IMG/VR virus record: IMGVR_UViG_3300009419_000019
Coordinates: 1-61,249 of that record
Strand: one strand, 5' to 3'
Source: a virus
Lineage: Duplodnaviria > Caudoviricetes
Length of the DNA stretch: 61,249 nt
Under the pieces are notes generated by a model. The model was not told the origin of the DNA. It saw only the letters and a list, made by a program, of their open reading frames with translations, and did not search any database. Position 1 is the stretch's first letter. Every line of letters starts with the position of its first letter. This document shows positions 57,701 to 61,249 of this stretch, piece after piece. Made by a program: the position numbers and the translations under genes.

Positions 57701-58429
57701 ATGATGACTCCTGAACAATTCGCAGAAAAACAAGCAAAAGAACGCGCAGCATTTGAGCTTGAACAATCACGGGCCAATATTTTTATCGAAGCGGGTTTAC
57801 CCGTGCCTGATTACATATCAAGCGGGCACTTGCACGGTGCAGTATACGTGACATATCGAAACGATGCATTAAACCCTCACGGTATCCGGGGGGCCATTGA
57901 TATTTTCAAACAATTCCCCGTGATTGTGCCGTGCAATGTCTTGCGCTCAAGCTGCACCATGATTCACCCTGAAAAACACTTACCCGAAAAGGAACAAAAA
58001 CAAGGTTACAAACGGGGGGGTTGTCAAAATGGCGACTATGCCGCTTACGTCAAAGTCGATCACATTCGAAACAGTCAAACAAAAGCATCTATTGAGTTTT
58101 TCGCCATTGTCGGGGGTAAATTGTTCGATGTTTCGGTTGAGTTTGGCCGTGACTATATCGGGAACTGTGGCCGCTTGGCCCCTAATCCCGTCGAAACCCG
58201 TGGACGTGGTGGCCGTTTGGAGTCGCGTACATTCAATGCATCGCCCCTCATGAATGGTATGTTCGATACTTTCATTTCTTATGCATCGGGCGATATCGGG
58301 CCGATCAAAGAATCAGCATCCCATTGTTATTTTTTGAGTGCAGAAAATGGGGAGGAAAACAAACCCCCTTCCGATTGTTCGCATGCACTTGGCATGCTTG
58401 AAAATCTGGCCGATGCATTGGGGGAATAA
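57701..58429 (+). CDS. Hypothetical protein
   Basis: GAGGT RBS; AT-richer codons. Confidence 0.75.
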   Translation: MMTPEQFAEKQAKERAAFELEQSRANIFIEAGLPVPDYISSGHLHGAVYVTYRNDALNPHGIRGAIDIFKQFPVIVPCNVLRSSCTMIHPEKHLPEKEQKQGYKRGGCQNGDYAAYVKVDHIRNSQTKASIEFFAIVGGKLFDVSVEFGRDYIGNCGRLAPNPVETRGRGGRLESRTFNASPLMNGMFDTFISYASGDIGPIKESASHCYFLSAENGEENKPPSDCSHALGMLENLADALGE

Positions 58430-58431
58430 TC

Positions 58432-58623
58432 ATGGCAAAGCACAGAGGCCGATTGTTTGAAATGCTGGAATCCGGCGAGATTGACGCATTCACGCTAGCC
58501 CGTGACCTCATGGGTTATCTGAGTGATGACGAATGTGCAGACTTCGCACACAAAAACGATATTCAATTGTTCCCTGACGAAGACGAAGACGAAGACGAAG
58601 ACGAAGACGAATACAACGAATAA
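58432..58623 (+). CDS. Small acidic protein with (DE)n tail
   Basis: GACGAA microsatellite encoding DEDEDEDE. Confidence 0.7.
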   Translation: MAKHRGRLFEMLESGEIDAFTLARDLMGYLSDDECADFAHKNDIQLFPDEDEDEDEDEDEYNE

Positions 58624-58633
58624 GGGGCGCACC

Positions 58634-58843
58634 ATGCCAAGCTGCACAAAGTTTGAATTGAATATCGAATGCGTTAACGCCGCTTTTGACGAAAACACGG
58701 GGGCAGAGACAGCACGCATTTTGCGTGAGCTGGCCGATAAAATCGAGTTTTCCTACAATGGCCGGTTGCCTGACGAATATCCCGTGTGGGATTACAACGG
58801 TAACCGGGTAGGCGTAGGCCGGTTTTATCGTGGGCACAATTGA
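58634..58843 (+). CDS. Hypothetical protein
   Basis: AAGGGG RBS; NAAF...ARILRELADKI...D.NGNRVG. Confidence 0.7.
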   Translation: MPSCTKFELNIECVNAAFDENTGAETARILRELADKIEFSYNGRLPDEYPVWDYNGNRVGVGRFYRGHN

Positions 58844-58915
58844 ACGCCCACGAATCCACAAACCGTTATCCATTCAACCGGGCATTGTCCCGACTATCAA
58901 TTTAGGAATTGAAAA

Positions 58916-59671
58916 ATGCGAGTTATTCAAACCACGGTATATACGTTTGACGAATTGTCAGACAAGGCAAAAGAAAAAGCCCGCGAATGGTACAGAGGGC
59001 ACATCGGCACCGATCCCGATATGTTCGAATCGACCATTGAAGACTTTTGCGAGATTGTCGGGTTTCTCGGCGTCGATATTGGCACCAAGCCAGTGCGCCT
59101 CATGAATGGCAAAACACGGTACGAACCTATGGTCTATTGGTCTGGTTTCGGCTGTCAAGGTGACGGCGCATGTTTTGCGGGTTCGTTCAATCTGAGCACG
59201 TTTAAGCCCGTTTCACTGGCCGCATGGGGTGGCGGTGAGACAGTTGCCGAATGCCTCAAGGATGCCGCGTCAATGCGTGCCGACATTCTCACGTTCTATC
59301 GTGCCATTCTCAAATGCACACCGATGCAAGCATGGCCGGATGTGCGCCGTTTGTTCACCTCAGAATCAACCCGCGTCAATATTTCGCAAAGCGGACGGTA
59401 TACGCACCAATACACAATGTCGGTTAATGGCGCGGAGGACATTTACAATAACGTGGCGTATTACTGCGGTGATCGTATGTTTGACGAATCCGCATTAGCT
59501 CATGCTTGCGAAGTGTTCGCATCTGCCGTGCAAGAGTTTGTACGCGGACTGGCACATAACCTGTATCACGCTTTGGATCGTGAGAACGATCATCAAAACG
59601 AGGATTCGACCGTTGATGAAAACATCCGGGCGAATGAATACGAATTCACTATTGACGGCGCACGCGCATAA
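58916..59671 (+). CDS. Conserved-type phage early protein of unknown function
   Basis: VYTFDELSDKAKEKAREWY, YWSGF..QGDGACF, I.ANEYEF..DG. Confidence 0.7.
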   Translation: MRVIQTTVYTFDELSDKAKEKAREWYRGHIGTDPDMFESTIEDFCEIVGFLGVDIGTKPVRLMNGKTRYEPMVYWSGFGCQGDGACFAGSFNLSTFKPVSLAAWGGGETVAECLKDAASMRADILTFYRAILKCTPMQAWPDVRRLFTSESTRVNISQSGRYTHQYTMSVNGAEDIYNNVAYYCGDRMFDESALAHACEVFASAVQEFVRGLAHNLYHALDRENDHQNEDSTVDENIRANEYEFTIDGARA

Positions 59672-59681
59672 GGGGTAGGCC

Positions 59682-59969
59682 ATGATTAAAGTGAAGCAAA
59701 CCGGCAATGCTTCAGATGCGGGTTTTCAATCAATGGGTGAAGAAAACATGCGCCGCATTTCTGAGAAAACTGCACGGGCTTTGTGCGGCATGTACCCGAT
59801 GCCCGATATGGGGCGCGAAGTGTGCGTAGCGTTCGCATCAGATAAAGAATGGCCTACGTTCAAGCATCGGCTGAGCGTGCAAAACATTTCGGGTTTGTTC
59901 TTTCTCGCATGTTCTAGCGTTAGCGTCGATGCATGGCCAGATGTTTTTAAGGTTGAGGTGATCGCATGA
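59682..59969 (+). CDS. Hypothetical protein
   Basis: AAGGGG RBS; start could be later. Confidence 0.55.
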   Translation: MIKVKQTGNASDAGFQSMGEENMRRISEKTARALCGMYPMPDMGREVCVAFASDKEWPTFKHRLSVQNISGLFFLACSSVSVDAWPDVFKVEVIA

Positions 59970-60103
59970 AGCCCGCATATTGGATTGTCTTTGTTTCTGG
60001 CAAAGAATCTGCCCGATTCGAAACCCGCAAAAGCGCGAAACTCTACGCCATGGGGCAACGCATTGCGGGGCATGACGTGATCATTAAAACCATTGGAGCG
60101 TAA
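59966..60103 (+). CDS. Small hypothetical protein (45 aa)
   Basis: GAGGT RBS, ATGA overlap; translated by hand. Confidence 0.55.
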   Translation: MKPAYWIVFVSGKESARFETRKSAKLYAMGQRIAGHDVIIKTIGA

Positions 60104-60106
60104 ACC

Positions 60107-60286
60107 ATGCGCCCTTTTGAATTCAACAATTGGCACGCATGGGAAGGCACTAGCGGCGTTCTCTTGTCCGACGAATCCGTTAAGAAACTGCGTCAATTCT
60201 CAACGGTCGATGATGCTATTAACTGGCTTTTTATCAATGGCCACAAAGACGCAGCACGCGCATTGAACGCGCACAAGAAAGGGTAA
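60107..60286 (+). CDS. Small hypothetical protein (59 aa)
   Basis: GGAG RBS; translated by hand. Confidence 0.6.
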   Translation: MRPFEFNNWHAWEGTSGVLLSDESVKKLRQFSTVDDAINWLFINGHKDAARALNAHKKG

Positions 60287-60289
60287 ACC

Positions 60290-60637
60290 GTGAACCAACA
60301 CCAAGCATTGAGCGAAGCCGCAAAACACGTGGGTTTCTACGCACAGGGTACAGAATACATTGTGTATTCCCCTTACAAAGACTCAAACCCAAAAGGGGGG
60401 CGCACCGAATTTAAACGGCGGTCATATGCTGCGGCATTGCAGCATGCCGCGTTAAGACGTGCTTGCGTGGCCCTCACATTGTGGGCAGATGCGCACGGGT
60501 TGAGCTATGACGCTGAGACGTGGCTTTGCTGCGAATTCAAGATGCAAGACGCTCAGACCATGCGCAAGCTGAATGCACGTCAAATGCTGAGCATGGGCGC
60601 GGCATACCTCAAGGGGCAAACATGCGCCACGGACTGA
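60290..60637 (+). CDS. Hypothetical protein
   Basis: AAGGG RBS; operon packing. Confidence 0.6.
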   Translation: MNQHQALSEAAKHVGFYAQGTEYIVYSPYKDSNPKGGRTEFKRRSYAAALQHAALRRACVALTLWADAHGLSYDAETWLCCEFKMQDAQTMRKLNARQMLSMGAAYLKGQTCATD

Positions 60638-60855
60638 TGTTGTTTCGTCTTGCCCTTGGTCTGGTCTTGTCAGGCTATGGGCTCACGTGGGGGGCGTGGC
60701 TGTATATCGGCCAGAGCAAACCCGGTGAAGCATTGGCGCATGCTCTCATTTGGGGGCTATTCGGTGCCCTTGTCGCCCCACTGGCAGAGGATGTGGGCGC
60801 CATGGTTGAGCGCCTAGCCAAGCAAAAAGAGGCACGCGACACCGGATCACGTTAG
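60622..60855 (+). CDS. Small protein with two TM segments
   Basis: AAGGGG RBS; two hydrophobic segments; followed by a terminator. Confidence 0.6.
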   Translation: MRHGLMLFRLALGLVLSGYGLTWGAWLYIGQSKPGEALAHALIWGLFGALVAPLAEDVGAMVERLAKQKEARDTGSR

Positions 60856-60876
60856 CCCCTGAAGTTACTTCCAAAC

Positions 60877-60904
60877 AAGGCCCCCTAGTGGGGCCTTTCC
60901 TTTT
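60877..60904 (+). terminator. Rho-independent terminator
   Basis: AAGGCCCC-CTAGT-GGGGCCTT followed by TCCTTTT. Confidence 0.75.
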
Positions 60905-60960
60905 GCCCTCATGCGATGCCCCCGCATGGGGGCTTTGTCGTTTGTGGGGGTGTAGGGGGT

Positions 60961-61163
60961 GAGCATGGGCGCACGGTGTCAGGGTGTGACCCATAGCAGG
61001 GTGTGACCCATAGCAGGGGCAGACCAGTAGCAGGGTGTGACCCATAGCAGGGTGTGACCTAGAGCATGGGTGCACGGTGTGACCTAGAGCATGGGTGCAC
61101 GGTGTGACCTAGAGCATGGGCGCACGGTGCCATGGCATGCCCTTGAGCATGGGCGCACGGTGT
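60961..61163. repeat. Terminal tandem repeat array (17-bp CAGGGTGTGACCCATAG and 25-bp GGTGTGACCTAGAGCATGGGYGCAC units)
   Basis: 17-mer at 60980, 60997, 61031; 25-mer at 61051, 61076, 61101; partial copies at 60961 and 61145. Confidence 0.9.
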
Positions 61164-61249
61164 GGCCGTGCTGGCAGATTAGGGGCAAGAGAGGGTCAAA
61201 CGAGGGGGCGTTTGGGTCCCTCTTGGGGGCTTTTCTGGCACGGGGGTGC

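Noticed and set aside
60961-61163. Possible CRISPR array
   Set aside because: Units abut directly with no unique spacers of regular length, and no cas operon is present

Overview
The window looks like an essentially complete (~61 kb) temperate siphophage genome with Chi-like (Casjensviridae-type) architecture, probably opened at or near its packaging (cos) site. Left arm: a leftward primase/helicase and a Cro-like gene, then a rightward replication operon (MazG-like NTP pyrophosphatase, DUF2800 Cas4-like exonuclease, DUF2815 SSB, DNA polymerase, VRR-NUC nuclease, SNF2 helicase). Next is a lysogeny module (repressor, excisionase-like protein, tyrosine integrase, attP with IHF and arm sites). 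Centre: lambda-type head genes, tail genes with a -1 frameshift chaperone and tape measure, a mosaic tail tip, the lysis cassette and two enzyme-bearing genes with a shared N-terminus. Right arm: a long leftward array of small genes (ParB-like, RdgC), a short rightward AT-richer operon and terminal tandem repeats. The most notable observations are: (1) three different palindromic DNA motif families dispersed genome-wide, one of them often inside coding sequence, alongside an orphan ParB; (2) a myovirus-type fibre cassette inserted into a siphovirus distal-tail gene, giving two fusion proteins; (3) two proteins sharing a 53-aa N-terminal anchor but carrying different polysaccharide-modifying domains; (4) an acidic C-terminal tag ending in Leu on more than a dozen unrelated proteins; (5) a family-B-type polymerase where Chi-like phages carry family A. 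All assignments come from motif recognition and gene order by eye; no database searches were run.
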